A stretch of DNA of 64,000 nt from contig CBDCOH010000002.1 of assembly GCA_965219685.1 (NCBI GenBank), positions 3,264,001 through 3,328,000 of the forward strand. The letters are read 5' to 3'. The position numbers and the translations under genes are program-made. This stretch comes from Candidatus Spongiisociaceae bacterium. GTDB taxonomy: Bacteria; Actinomycetota; Acidimicrobiia; Spongiisociales; Spongiisociaceae. A model generated the notes under the pieces. It was not told the origin of the DNA. It saw only the letters and a list, made by a program, of their open reading frames with translations, and made no database searches. How positions within the stretch are numbered: position 1 is the stretch's first letter; each line of letters starts with the position of its first letter. Shown here in pieces: positions 17,788-27,762 of this stretch.

Positions 17788-19066
17788 CCGGAGCCCGGAC
17801 CCTTTGGGCCCTTTCGTGTGGGTTTGGCTGCCCGGGGCGACCGAGCCGGTCGTCGCAGGAAGGCTGATCGACCGCGGCCCGGTCGTGACCTTCGTCTACG
17901 GACGGAGCTACCTGCATCGGCCTGACGCAGTGGCTCTTTACCTGCCGGAGCTTCCGCTGCGGCCCGGGGAGGTGTGGCCACTGTCGGGCGAGATCGCCGG
18001 CTGCGTGGCCGACTCGGCCCCCGACGCCTGGGGGCGGCGGGTGATCGAATACCGCCGCCCCCGCTCCGGAGCGGACCTCTCCATCCTGGGCTACCTCCTG
18101 GAATCGGGCTCGGACCGTATCGGGGCGCTCGACTTCCAGGAGTCGGCCACCCGTTACATCTCCCGCTCCGGCGACGGCGCGTCGTTAGCAGACCTGGTCG
18201 AAGCCGCCGACCGGGTGGAGAGGGGCGTGACGCTCACGCCTGCCCTGGACCGGGCTCTGCTGCACGGAACCTCTGTGGGCGGGGCGCGACCAAAGGCGCT
18301 GCTCACCGACGGTGACCGACGGCTGATAGCCAAGTTCGCCTCGTCCACCGACCCCTATCCGGTGGTCAAAGCCGAGTACGTCGCCATGGAACTGGCCCGC
18401 CGTGCCGGGATCGATGTAGCGCCTGTCGAACTCGCGGAGGCTCTCGGCAGAGATGTGCTGCTCGTCGAACGATTCGACCGCACCGTCGATGGACGAAGGC
18501 GCATGATGGTGTCGGCCCTAACGATCCTCGAGTTGCACGACGCGCAAGGCATCGCGGGTCGTTACGCCACCTACACCGACCTAGCCCACCGGGTCCGGTC
18601 GCGCTTCACGTCCCCTGACGCGACGCTGCGAGAACTGTTCTCGCGCATCGTCTTCAACATCCTCGTCGGCAACACCGATGACCACGCCCGCAACCACTCC
18701 GCCTTCTGGGACGGCGCCCACCTCACGCTGACCCCGGCCTACGACATCTGCCCGCAGACCCGCACGGGCGGCGAGGCGGCCCAGGCGATGGCCTTCGGCG
18801 CCGACGGCGACCGTATGAGCCAGGTCGCGCGTTGCATAACGCACGCGGGCCATTACCACCTGACCCCGCAACATGCCCGGGAGATCATCGACCACCTGAT
18901 CACCCTGATCCACACCGACTGGGACGAAGTCTGCGACCTCGCCTCTTTGCCCGCCGCCGACAGGCAACGCCTCTGGGGACGCCAGTTCCTCAATCCCTAC
19001 TCCTTGTACGGGTACGACACCGTGCATGCGTTGAAGAACAATCTGGAGGCTGCTCACCGCCTTTAG
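17774..19066 (+). CDS. hipA: HipA-family kinase toxin
   Basis: N-terminal couple_hipA region, DRIGAL, SVGGARPK, GNTDDHARN, LTPAYD. Confidence 0.93.
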   Translation: MTTSDRSPDPLGPFVWVWLPGATEPVVAGRLIDRGPVVTFVYGRSYLHRPDAVALYLPELPLRPGEVWPLSGEIAGCVADSAPDAWGRRVIEYRRPRSGADLSILGYLLESGSDRIGALDFQESATRYISRSGDGASLADLVEAADRVERGVTLTPALDRALLHGTSVGGARPKALLTDGDRRLIAKFASSTDPYPVVKAEYVAMELARRAGIDVAPVELAEALGRDVLLVERFDRTVDGRRRMMVSALTILELHDAQGIAGRYATYTDLAHRVRSRFTSPDATLRELFSRIVFNILVGNTDDHARNHSAFWDGAHLTLTPAYDICPQTRTGGEAAQAMAFGADGDRMSQVARCITHAGHYHLTPQHAREIIDHLITLIHTDWDEVCDLASLPAADRQRLWGRQFLNPYSLYGYDTVHALKNNLEAAHRL

Positions 19067-19425
19067 CCGACATCGCCCTGTATCGTCAACACCCGGCTGG
19101 CGGGCTCTCGAAGCGTACTGTTGTGTGGGTCGTGAGGGCGGATGCTATCGATCTCTACCGCTTCGGTCCGCTCGGCGTGGTAGAGGTCCCGACGAAGTTG
19201 CAGGTTCAACCAGAAGGCCGCAGAAGTGCCGAAGAATCGTGAGAGTCGCAGAGCGGTGCTTGGCGTGACTCCGCGTTTCCCACGGACAACTTCGTTGACG
19301 CGCTGATAGGGCACCTGGATTGCGTTTGACAGATCCCTCTGGGTCATCCCAAGGGGCTTGAGGAACTCTTCCAGCAGCATCTCGCCCGGATGCGTCGGCT
19401 CTCGGTCGGTCGGGATTCGAACCAT
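19063..19425 (-). CDS. higA: HigA/VapI-family antitoxin (orphan)
   Basis: PTHPGEMLLEEFLKPLGMTQ..ALRLSRFFGTS..FWLNLQ; RBS AGAGGAG. Confidence 0.92.
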   Translation of the reverse strand: MVRIPTDREPTHPGEMLLEEFLKPLGMTQRDLSNAIQVPYQRVNEVVRGKRGVTPSTALRLSRFFGTSAAFWLNLQLRRDLYHAERTEAVEIDSIRPHDPHNSTLREPASRVLTIQGDVG

Positions 19426-19439
19426 GTTCGGTCTCCTCT

Positions 19440-19520
19440 TCAGCGATAGTCGGTGATCTCAGCTTCGGCTGGTTCGTTCCGCAAGCGCCGGGCCGCCTTC
19501 AGTCGCTTAGAGGCTCCGCC
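19440..19520 (-). pseudogene. higB: Internally deleted HigB toxin remnant
   Basis: Minus frame reads GTDGGASKRLKAARRLRNEPAEAEITDYR*. An N-terminal KAARR motif is joined to a C-terminal EIxDY motif, in the usual higB position just upstream of higA. Confidence 0.6.
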
Positions 19521-19602
19521 ATCTGTACCTCGTCCGCCGGCAAGCCCAACCGGGACCTACCCGCAGCGGGCACTCGCCCAAGAAACGCTATGAGCCTGGT
19601 AA

Positions 19603-21378
19603 CTACCTGCTGAAACCCCGCCTGCCGGCGTCCTCCAAGGCTTGGGTACGACCCGCGTAGACGCCCCGCTTCGCCATCAACTCCTGGTGCGTGCCGGATT
19701 CGACAACCACCCCGTCCTCGATCACGACGATGGAATCGGCTCCCCTGATGGTGGCCGGCCGGTGGGCCACCAGGATCACGGTGCGTCCTTCCAGCAACGA
19801 TGCCGTGGCCTCCCGGATCTGGCGCTCGGTGGTGGCGTCCAGCGCGGCCGTCGCCTCATCCAGGCAGACGATCGGGGTGTCGGCGACCAGGGCCCGCGCG
19901 ATCGCCAGTCGCTGCCTCTCACCACCCGACAGCTGCCGGCCTCCCTCACCCACACGAGCGTCCAATCCTCGCGCCCGTTCCTGGATGAAGTCCCAGCACC
20001 TGGCGGTTCTGGCAGCCGCCACGATACGGTCGTCCTCCACACTGCGTTCTCCGGCGATCGCCTCCCTGAAGGTCGCGTCCGGAAAGTAGGTGTCCTGGAG
20101 TACGAAGGCCATCAACTCGTCTCGCTGGCGACGGCCCAGTGCGGCCAGGTCCACCCCTCCGATGAGGATCCGCCCCGCGTCCGGCTCCCACAGACCGGCC
20201 AGCAGATGGAGCAGGGTCGACTTGCCGGCACCTGACTCGCCCACAACCGCTGTCACCGAGCCCGCCGGAGCGACGAACTCGACTCCGCGCAGCACCGGGT
20301 CACCGGGCTCGTACTCGAACTCCACACCCTCGAAACGCACGTCGTATCCGGTTGGATCCGGTCCTCGGGAGGCAACGGGAGCAGGCCGGAGGTCGAGCAG
20401 CCCGGCGATCCGGGTCACCGCGGCGGAAACGTACACGACGGAACCGGAAGCCGAACCTAGCCGGATGAAGGCCAGGGTGGCGCCGGCTATCAGGACCAGC
20501 AGGGTTCCGGTGGTCGAGGCCTCGATGGCTCCACCGCTGTACCGCCATCCGGCCACGGCGAGCAGGAGTCCGCCCACCAGCGAGGCAGCCGCCGCGAGGC
20601 CGGCCCCGACCGGGATAGTGGTGCGCACCGAGCGGAGGTTCTCGGTCTTGTAGTCGCGCAATGACTCGTCGAGCCGTTCGGCAAGCTCAGAGCGAAGGCC
20701 GAATGCCTTGGCGACCTCGATCCCCTGCACGAACTCGACGACCCGCTCATCCTGCGCAGCGCGGAGCCCGTAGCGGTACGCGATGTGCCGGGACTGCATC
20801 CGGAGCCTGAGTCCATACCCCACTACGGTCAGGCAGCCCAAGACCAGCAGCACGCCACCGACCACCGGGTCGAGGAACGCCACGATCGCTACCAGGACCG
20901 GTGCGGCCATCGCGCTGCTCATCAGCCCCCCGACCGACCCGACGAGGAAGTCCTCGAGATCGGCCACGTCACGGTCGATGATGGAGGTGACCTCTCCCCG
21001 GGGGCGGGCCAGCACCTCCCGGACCGGCGCCGACCGCACCTTGCGTAGCAACTCCAGCCGGACCCTGCTGGTTACATCGCGTGCCACCCCTAGAAGCATC
21101 GTCGAGCTGACCCAGTGGGTGAAGAACGCCACGACCACCGACGCCGCCAGGACCCCCGAGGCGGACCATACGAAGGCCCGGTCGAGCCCGACGCCAACAA
21201 TACGGCCTGCCATGGCGGCCACCACCACCAGCGGTCCCAGCGCGGCAATCCCGCGGATGCAGCGCAGAGCCAGCGCACGGAGCAGCCGTCGATGCTCGGG
21301 GCCCATCGACCTCCTGAAGGATCGGAGGGCTCTTCCGAACTCAAGCTGGTCGCGGCGGGTCGCCTGTCCGGAGTTCAT
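19603..21378 (-). CDS. Type IV (exporter-fold) ABC half-transporter, YbtQ/IrtB-like, copy 1
   Basis: TMD plus NBD; VVEFVQGIEVAKAF, GESGAGKST, LSGGERQR, LDEATA. Confidence 0.88.
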   Translation of the reverse strand: MNSGQATRRDQLEFGRALRSFRRSMGPEHRRLLRALALRCIRGIAALGPLVVVAAMAGRIVGVGLDRAFVWSASGVLAASVVVAFFTHWVSSTMLLGVARDVTSRVRLELLRKVRSAPVREVLARPRGEVTSIIDRDVADLEDFLVGSVGGLMSSAMAAPVLVAIVAFLDPVVGGVLLVLGCLTVVGYGLRLRMQSRHIAYRYGLRAAQDERVVEFVQGIEVAKAFGLRSELAERLDESLRDYKTENLRSVRTTIPVGAGLAAAASLVGGLLLAVAGWRYSGGAIEASTTGTLLVLIAGATLAFIRLGSASGSVVYVSAAVTRIAGLLDLRPAPVASRGPDPTGYDVRFEGVEFEYEPGDPVLRGVEFVAPAGSVTAVVGESGAGKSTLLHLLAGLWEPDAGRILIGGVDLAALGRRQRDELMAFVLQDTYFPDATFREAIAGERSVEDDRIVAAARTARCWDFIQERARGLDARVGEGGRQLSGGERQRLAIARALVADTPIVCLDEATAALDATTERQIREATASLLEGRTVILVAHRPATIRGADSIVVIEDGVVVESGTHQELMAKRGVYAGRTQALEDAGRRGFSR

Positions 21379-23141
21379 GGCGTCACCGCATCCGCGCGCT
21401 GCCAATCCGTCCAGAGTTCCCGGTAGCGGCCCTCGACCGCCACGAGGTCGTCGTGGACCCCGGCCTGAACGATCCTCCCGCCGTCCAGGACCAGGATCTG
21501 GTCCGCCCCCACGATGGTCGACAGCCGGTGGGCCACTACTAGGACGGTGCGACCCACCGTGAGGGCGTGCAGGGAGTCTCTCAGCACCGCCTCGCTGTCC
21601 GGATCAACGAACGCTGTCGCTTCGTCCAGGATCACCAGCGGCGCATCGTGCAGCAGCGCCCGGGCGATGGCCAGCCGTTGCTTCTCGCCGCCGGAGAGGT
21701 TGACGCCACGCGTTCCGAGCCGGGTCCGGTAGCCATCCGGCATCGCGGAGATGACCGAGTGAATGTTGGCGGCCCTCGCCGCTTCGACCAACTCCTCCTC
21801 CGTGGCAGCCGGCCGGCCGACCCGCAGGTTCGCCTCGATGGTGTCCCTAAACAGGAAGGTGTCCTGGAACACGAAGGCCACCCGGGACAGCAGATGGTCG
21901 ATGGGGAAGTCCCGGACATCGATCCCGCCCAGCCTGACCGATCCGCTGCCGACATCCCAGAACCGGGCCGCCAGACGCGCCAGGGTCGACTTGCCCGCTC
22001 CCGTCTGGCCGACGATGGCCGTCAGCGTGCCGCTCGGCGCCCGGAACGAGACATCGGACAGGACATCTCTTTCGTCGTAGCCGAAGCTCACGTCCTCGAA
22101 CTCCAGATCCGACGTGTGGGAAGGCGCGGGACCGGGGGCATCGGGTTGGATCTCCGCTTCCAGCGTCTCATCGACGACGCCTGCCGCATAGCTGATCTTG
22201 TTCGCCAGGAAGTAGATGCGCCGGAGCCGCTGGATGGGTATCCCGTAGCCCAGACCGAGGATCGCGAACAGGAGCAGGTGACCGGGCTCGACCCCGCCTC
22301 TGAGCAGGAGGACGCCACCGATCGGGATCACCAGCAGGATGGCGGCGTCGTTCAGCACGTGATAGGCGGCCGCATGGGGATCGACCCTGCCGTACCACCT
22401 GGCGTTCGCATCCGCCAGGTCGGTCACAGCCGAGCGGAGCTTCCGGGAAGGTCGTTCGGAGCGATCGAGGACGGCGGTGGTGAGAAGTCCGTCCAGTAAC
22501 TCCACCAGCTTGCGGCTCAGCCTCCCGGATGCCGCGTTGGTCTCCGCGATGGCCTCCCCGCTCTTGCGGGTCCCTACCAGGAGTATCGCGTAGGCAACGG
22601 CAGCCACCACTGCGGTTGCGGCCGCCAGGCGGTAGTCGACGACGGCCAGCCAAGTGGTGACGATCACCCAGGACACGGCCGCCGACACGAACTCCACGAA
22701 GGAGTGGGCCACGAAAAGCTCGAGCTTGCCGACATCGTCCACGACCACCCGCTGCAGGTCTCCGCTGTGCCGCCCGGTCACCTCACCGAGGGGAAGGCGG
22801 GTAAGGCGGTTGAGAAGTTCGACCCGTAGCTCGTGCAACTGGTCGTAGGCGGCCACATGGGACACGTACATGGCGCCGGACCACGTGACGGTCTGGAGGG
22901 CGGCAGCCACACCTGCCAGGATCCCGAAGGTGACGAGTTGGGCGCCCTCGCCTCCGTCGGCGACCACCAGGATCGCCCGGTAGAGGAAGTAGAAGGGCGC
23001 CAGCTCGAGCACGCTCGATACGAGTGCGAGCACCGTGGCTCCCGTGACCAGCCCGGCCACGGGAGCGGCGAACTTCAGGAGCGTGCGGGTGCCTGACGTT
23101 ATCGGTCGGGATTCCAAGCTGCTGCCTTCCAAGGCATCCAC
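21375..23141 (-). CDS. Type IV ABC half-transporter, YbtP/IrtA-like (no SIP domain), copy 1
   Basis: SHVAAY..L.ELR..L..LPLG...SGDL..DDV..LELFVAH; GQTGAGKST, LSGGEKQR, LDEATAFVDP. Confidence 0.88.
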   Translation of the reverse strand: MDALEGSSLESRPITSGTRTLLKFAAPVAGLVTGATVLALVSSVLELAPFYFLYRAILVVADGGEGAQLVTFGILAGVAAALQTVTWSGAMYVSHVAAYDQLHELRVELLNRLTRLPLGEVTGRHSGDLQRVVVDDVGKLELFVAHSFVEFVSAAVSWVIVTTWLAVVDYRLAAATAVVAAVAYAILLVGTRKSGEAIAETNAASGRLSRKLVELLDGLLTTAVLDRSERPSRKLRSAVTDLADANARWYGRVDPHAAAYHVLNDAAILLVIPIGGVLLLRGGVEPGHLLLFAILGLGYGIPIQRLRRIYFLANKISYAAGVVDETLEAEIQPDAPGPAPSHTSDLEFEDVSFGYDERDVLSDVSFRAPSGTLTAIVGQTGAGKSTLARLAARFWDVGSGSVRLGGIDVRDFPIDHLLSRVAFVFQDTFLFRDTIEANLRVGRPAATEEELVEAARAANIHSVISAMPDGYRTRLGTRGVNLSGGEKQRLAIARALLHDAPLVILDEATAFVDPDSEAVLRDSLHALTVGRTVLVVAHRLSTIVGADQILVLDGGRIVQAGVHDDLVAVEGRYRELWTDWQRADAVTP

Positions 23142-23390
23142 CGCGTCCCAGCTGCGAAACGTCGATCCGGGTCATCCACACCTCGCGCCCGCTCGTGCCT
23201 TGTAGCGATTGGTCGCTCCGGACTGTACGAGACCGCCGACAGTCGTGCAACCAATCCGGCGCTCAACTCGGTACACCCTCCATCCGGCCGTCCCATCCCT
23301 TTCCCCGGGCCAGCGGGTACGTGTGACACCTCCTGGGATCGACAGGTAGAGTCCGGGACCCTGATTCAGGCTGTTCGGAGAGAGGTAGAA

Positions 23391-24314
23391 ATGCCCGCCA
23401 TGTCCCAGGAACTCGTGCATGCCGCGGTGGTGCAAGCAGCTTCGGTGGCCTTCGATCCGGACAAGACGCTTGCCAAAGCAACCGAGCTGGCCACCAAGGC
23501 CGCGGCCCAGGGGGCTGATCTGATCCTGTTTCCCGAGGCTTTCCTCTCGGGGTATCCGAGGGGTATGGGCTTCGATACCGTGGTCGGAGCCCGGACCGAG
23601 AAGTCGCGGGACCTCTTTCTCGACTACTGGAATTCGGCCATCGAGATTCCGGGACCGGAGAACGATCACCTGGCCACGCTGGCCGCCGATCTGAACGTGC
23701 ACCTGGTCATGGGGTCCATCGAACGAGCCGGGGGAACCCTCTATTGCACCATCCTCTACTACTCGCCCGACCGCGGCCTGTTCGGGAAGCACCGCAAGGT
23801 CATGCCCACCGCCAGCGAAAGGCTCATATGGGGGTACGGCGACGGCTCCGATCTGGACGTGTACCAGACGCCGATCGGGAACCTCGGAGGGGCCGTCTGC
23901 TGGGAGAACTACATGCCGCTGCTGCGTATGAGCCTGTACCAGCAGAACATCCAGATCTGGTGCGCGCCCACCGCCGATGCCCGAGACTGCTGGACAGCCT
24001 CGATGCGTCACATCGCCGTCGAGGGACGGTGCTTCGTGCTGGGCGCCAACCAGTACGCAACCCGGTCCGACTACCCGGAGACTTACGACTCGGTCTTCGG
24101 CGACGACCCAGAGACGCTGGTCACGCGAGGCGCCAGCTGCATCGTCGACCCGTTCGGCCGGCTCCTGGCGGGGCCGCACACCGATGGGGAAACGATCCTG
24201 TTCGCAGACCTCGACCTGCGAGATACCGTACGCGGGAAGTTCGACCTGGACGTGGCGGGCCACTATTCGAGGCACGAGATATTCGAGATGAGAGTACGGA
24301 CCCGCCCCGACTAG
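23391..24314 (+). CDS. Nitrilase (branch 1)
   Basis: FPEAF..GYP, HRKVMPTASERLIWG.GDGS, CWENYMP, DVAGHYSR. Confidence 0.93.
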   Translation: MPAMSQELVHAAVVQAASVAFDPDKTLAKATELATKAAAQGADLILFPEAFLSGYPRGMGFDTVVGARTEKSRDLFLDYWNSAIEIPGPENDHLATLAADLNVHLVMGSIERAGGTLYCTILYYSPDRGLFGKHRKVMPTASERLIWGYGDGSDLDVYQTPIGNLGGAVCWENYMPLLRMSLYQQNIQIWCAPTADARDCWTASMRHIAVEGRCFVLGANQYATRSDYPETYDSVFGDDPETLVTRGASCIVDPFGRLLAGPHTDGETILFADLDLRDTVRGKFDLDVAGHYSRHEIFEMRVRTRPD

Positions 24315-24456
24315 GGCCTGTTCAAGCTATGCGCAGCCGTGTTGGTAACCCGCGTCCCCAGTGGTTGGTCGGCGGGGCGGCGGTGGGAGATGGCGGCCCA
24401 GAGCACGCCGCACGCAACGGAGACCGACCACGACTCAAACTACGGGAGGCTTGACC

Positions 24457-25728
24457 ATGATTGATGATCTTCTCCACGATCAACTTCAGAAGGGATGGCC
24501 TCCGGGGGCGTCGGTAGCGGTTCGCGAATTCGGCGGGGAGACGCTCACTTCCTGCTCGGGTATCGGCCGGCAACAACTGGTGGGCGTTGGCTCGACCACG
24601 AAGGTGATGACCACCACGATGATCATGCAGCATCTGGCCGCGGGGGAACTCCGCTTGGACGATCCGATCGGGTTGCACCTGCCCGATGCTCTATTCGCCG
24701 ACTGCCAGGAGGGTGGGGAGGTCACCCTGAGGCAGCTCATGACGCACACGTCGGGACTCGATTGCGCGGACGATTTCACGGACACCGGCGACGGGGACGA
24801 TGCCGTGTCCCTCTTCGTCGAGACGTGTATCTCGGGAAGCGGGTTTCTCCACCGCCCGGGTGAATTCTGGTCCTACTGCAACTGCGGATTCACCCTGCTG
24901 GGCCGCCTGGTGGAGGTCCTGTCAGGCTCCACGTGGGAGGAGTCGGTGACGGATCGGATCATTAGACCTCTCGGGCTGTCGGCCACGACCGCAACCATGC
25001 TCGACGGTACGGAGGACCTGGCGATGGGCCACCGGTGGGACCCGGCCACTGAAGGGATGGTCGAGGAACCCCGCTTCATGGCCAAGAGCGGTGGGCCGGC
25101 CGGCTCGAACCTGTTGGGAACGGCGATGGACCTCGTCGACTTCGCCGATGGGCTCCTCGGCTTGCAGGCCGGCCTGCTTCCGGGTGAGTTGGCGCACGAG
25201 ATGACCGTCCCGCAGTTCAGCGCGCTCAACCGCAAGCAGGGACTCGCCTGGTGGATCCCGGGACCGGGCCAAGTCCTGCATCCGGGCTCTACTCGGGGTA
25301 GCAGCGCCTTCCTCCACGTCAAGCCAGGCGAGTGGGCCGTAAGTGTGGTGGCGAACGGTCCGGGAGCCGACACGATCGGCGAGTCCGTCGTGAAGGAGTT
25401 GTTCGACGCCGAGAGCTATCCCGTAGAAACCTCCGACCACGAGGCCCGGCCGGAAGGGCTGGCCGGAACCTACCGGCGGCGCCACGTGACACAGGAGGTC
25501 TGGATCAAGGACGGTGCGCTCCAGGCATCCACCACCTACGAGGGGCCTATCTCCGACTTCTTCGACCCCTCTCCTCCGGTCCGGCTGGATCGGGTCGCCG
25601 GCACCGAGTTCACGAGCCAGCTTCCCGGAGAACTCAGCCCCACCAGTTGGGTCTTCGATGGATTCGACGAAGACGGAGCCCCCCGGCTCGTTCTGGTAGC
25701 AAACCGGCTGCATCGACGCTCTATTTGA
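24457..25728 (+). CDS. Serine hydrolase, beta-lactamase/D-peptidase family
   Basis: SxxK (GSTTK), LMTHTSG, YxN (YCN), HPG; RBS GGAGG. Confidence 0.88.
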   Translation: MIDDLLHDQLQKGWPPGASVAVREFGGETLTSCSGIGRQQLVGVGSTTKVMTTTMIMQHLAAGELRLDDPIGLHLPDALFADCQEGGEVTLRQLMTHTSGLDCADDFTDTGDGDDAVSLFVETCISGSGFLHRPGEFWSYCNCGFTLLGRLVEVLSGSTWEESVTDRIIRPLGLSATTATMLDGTEDLAMGHRWDPATEGMVEEPRFMAKSGGPAGSNLLGTAMDLVDFADGLLGLQAGLLPGELAHEMTVPQFSALNRKQGLAWWIPGPGQVLHPGSTRGSSAFLHVKPGEWAVSVVANGPGADTIGESVVKELFDAESYPVETSDHEARPEGLAGTYRRRHVTQEVWIKDGALQASTTYEGPISDFFDPSPPVRLDRVAGTEFTSQLPGELSPTSWVFDGFDEDGAPRLVLVANRLHRRSI

Positions 25729-25872
25729 TCTAGATCGCGCTCAGGAGAGCGCTCCATCAACCCGACCGGTAAGCTCATGAACAGCTCTCGGAACATCTGA
25801 AACCGAGTGGCACACAGGAGGAAAGAGCTATCGACAGCTAAGCAACTACCCCTATCAAGGGTATAGAGGAAG

Positions 25873-27684
25873 GTGCGAGATATGAGAACGTCGGTACGAC
25901 CTGTAAGGAAACTGGTCATTCTGGCAGCCTTGCTTGCGGTGCTGGCCGCGGCCTGCGGCGAGGACTCAACTATCGAAACAACCGCCGCGCCGGACGAGGC
26001 CCCGGCGACGACCGCGGCCACCACCAGCGCGACAACCGCCGCGGCCGACACAGGCACCCCGACAACCACGGCAGCCGACACGTCCACCGAGACGACCGAG
26101 GCACCGGCCACGACGATGGCAGCCGATTCGGGAGTGGAAGAGGTCACCACGACTGCGCCTGCCGGCCAGGCCCCACCCGGTTCTGTTGTCAGGGTGGCGA
26201 TCGCGCAGGACGAGAGCACCCTCACGCCGTTCACACACATTTCGTCGCCCCCGTTCCTCGATCTCGTCTGGGACAGCCTCCTAATCGCCGACAGCAAGAA
26301 CCAGCTCCGCCCGCTCGTAGCGTCGAGTCTGGACATATCGGCCGACGGCCTGACCTTCACCATGACGATCCGGGAAGGCATGACCTTCCACGACGGCGAG
26401 CCGCTGACCATGGATGACATCCTGTTCACGTTCGAGTACCAGGCGGAGCACGGGTTCCTGCCCGGCATGTTCGAGGTCATCGAATCCGTGGAAGCCGTGG
26501 ACGACACGACTGTGGTCGTGCAACTGTCCCAGACTACGGCCGACTTTGAGCGCGACATGCTGGCGTCCCTCGACATCATTCCGGAGCACATCTTCGCCGA
26601 TGTGGCCGATCCGATGACAGCCGGCATCGAGGTCGCCATCGGCTCCGGTCCGTACCGCATCGCCGAGTACGTGGAAGGCGAGTCGTACGTGCTGACCGCG
26701 CACCCCAACTATCTACTGGGAACACCGAAGGTGGAGACGATCGTGATGCCGATCATCCCCCAACCCTCCGCCGCCTTCGCCGCCCTGCAAACCGGCGAGA
26801 TCGACATGGTGTCTGCGCCGGTCGAGGTGCAGCTTGTCCAACAGTTCGAAGGTACCGAGGGGATCGGGTTGATCAGGGGATCTTCCTTCTCCCCGAAGCT
26901 GATCATATTCAACGCAGAACGTCCCCCCTTCGACCAGGTCGACGTCAGGAGGGCGATCTCCCAGGCCATCGACACCGACGAACTGATGGAGTTCGTGGCC
27001 CTCGGCGTTGCGACACCACCCAACGCCGGGTTCCTCCATCCGGAGTCCCCGCTGGCAACGACGCCGATCCCTCACGTTTACGATCCGGCTGCTGCCGCCG
27101 CTGCTCTAGATGCGATCGGCGCCGCGCCCGGCGACGACGGGATCCGGACCATCGACGGGCAGCGGATGTCCTACGCGCTTCTCGTCGAGGCCATCTACCC
27201 GGACAGCGTCCGCGTCGGCGAGCTCGTCAAGGAAATGCTGTCGGACGTGGGGATCGAAATCACGGTCGAGCCACTGGAGCCGATGACCCTCTACTCGGCG
27301 GTCTGGCCCGGGTTCGACGTGCGCAACGGCAGGGACTTCGAGATGTCGATGTTCAGCTGGCAGCCGATCCTCGCCACCCGCGCCGGTCGCTTCGGGGGGC
27401 TGGTCCACTCGGACACATCTCGGGGAACCCTCAATATAGGAGGCTTCTCGGACGCCGGAACCGATGCTGCCGTCGCCGAGTTGGACAACGCCCTGACTAC
27501 CGAGGACAAGCTTGCGGCTGTCCAGGCGATTACCGAGAAGATCGCAGAGCTCGTACCGTTCATAACCCTGTACTACCCGGACACGGTGTTCGCTTACCGC
27601 CCCGACGCCTTCGACAGCTGGGTGTACAAGGAAGGCCAGGGACCGCTCGATCCGGTTTCGTTCATCGACTACAACGAGTTCTGA
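25873..27684 (+). CDS. ABC family-5 solute-binding lipoprotein with Thr/Ala-rich linker (no adjacent type I permeases)
   Basis: Lipobox LAAAC, TTAA-rich linker, FHDGEPLT.DD..FT, IGSGPY, VRRAISQAID. Confidence 0.92.
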   Translation: MRDMRTSVRPVRKLVILAALLAVLAAACGEDSTIETTAAPDEAPATTAATTSATTAAADTGTPTTTAADTSTETTEAPATTMAADSGVEEVTTTAPAGQAPPGSVVRVAIAQDESTLTPFTHISSPPFLDLVWDSLLIADSKNQLRPLVASSLDISADGLTFTMTIREGMTFHDGEPLTMDDILFTFEYQAEHGFLPGMFEVIESVEAVDDTTVVVQLSQTTADFERDMLASLDIIPEHIFADVADPMTAGIEVAIGSGPYRIAEYVEGESYVLTAHPNYLLGTPKVETIVMPIIPQPSAAFAALQTGEIDMVSAPVEVQLVQQFEGTEGIGLIRGSSFSPKLIIFNAERPPFDQVDVRRAISQAIDTDELMEFVALGVATPPNAGFLHPESPLATTPIPHVYDPAAAAAALDAIGAAPGDDGIRTIDGQRMSYALLVEAIYPDSVRVGELVKEMLSDVGIEITVEPLEPMTLYSAVWPGFDVRNGRDFEMSMFSWQPILATRAGRFGGLVHSDTSRGTLNIGGFSDAGTDAAVAELDNALTTEDKLAAVQAITEKIAELVPFITLYYPDTVFAYRPDAFDSWVYKEGQGPLDPVSFIDYNEF

Positions 27685-27709
27685 GGAGTGAGACCCCAAT
27701 CGGGATTGA

Positions 27710-27742
27710 CGTTGGCGCGGACCTTGCCGGCTCGCGCCAACG
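27710..27742. terminator. Hairpin between convergent genes
   Basis: CGTTGGCGCG...CGCGCCAACG, a 10-bp inverted repeat. Confidence 0.6.
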
Positions 27743-27762
27743 CGAACGGGGTTGCGGGATAG

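Noticed and set aside
24457-25728. Antibiotic-resistance beta-lactamase
   Set aside because: No signal peptide at the likely start and an HPG third motif; it fits a cytoplasmic esterase/peptidase better.
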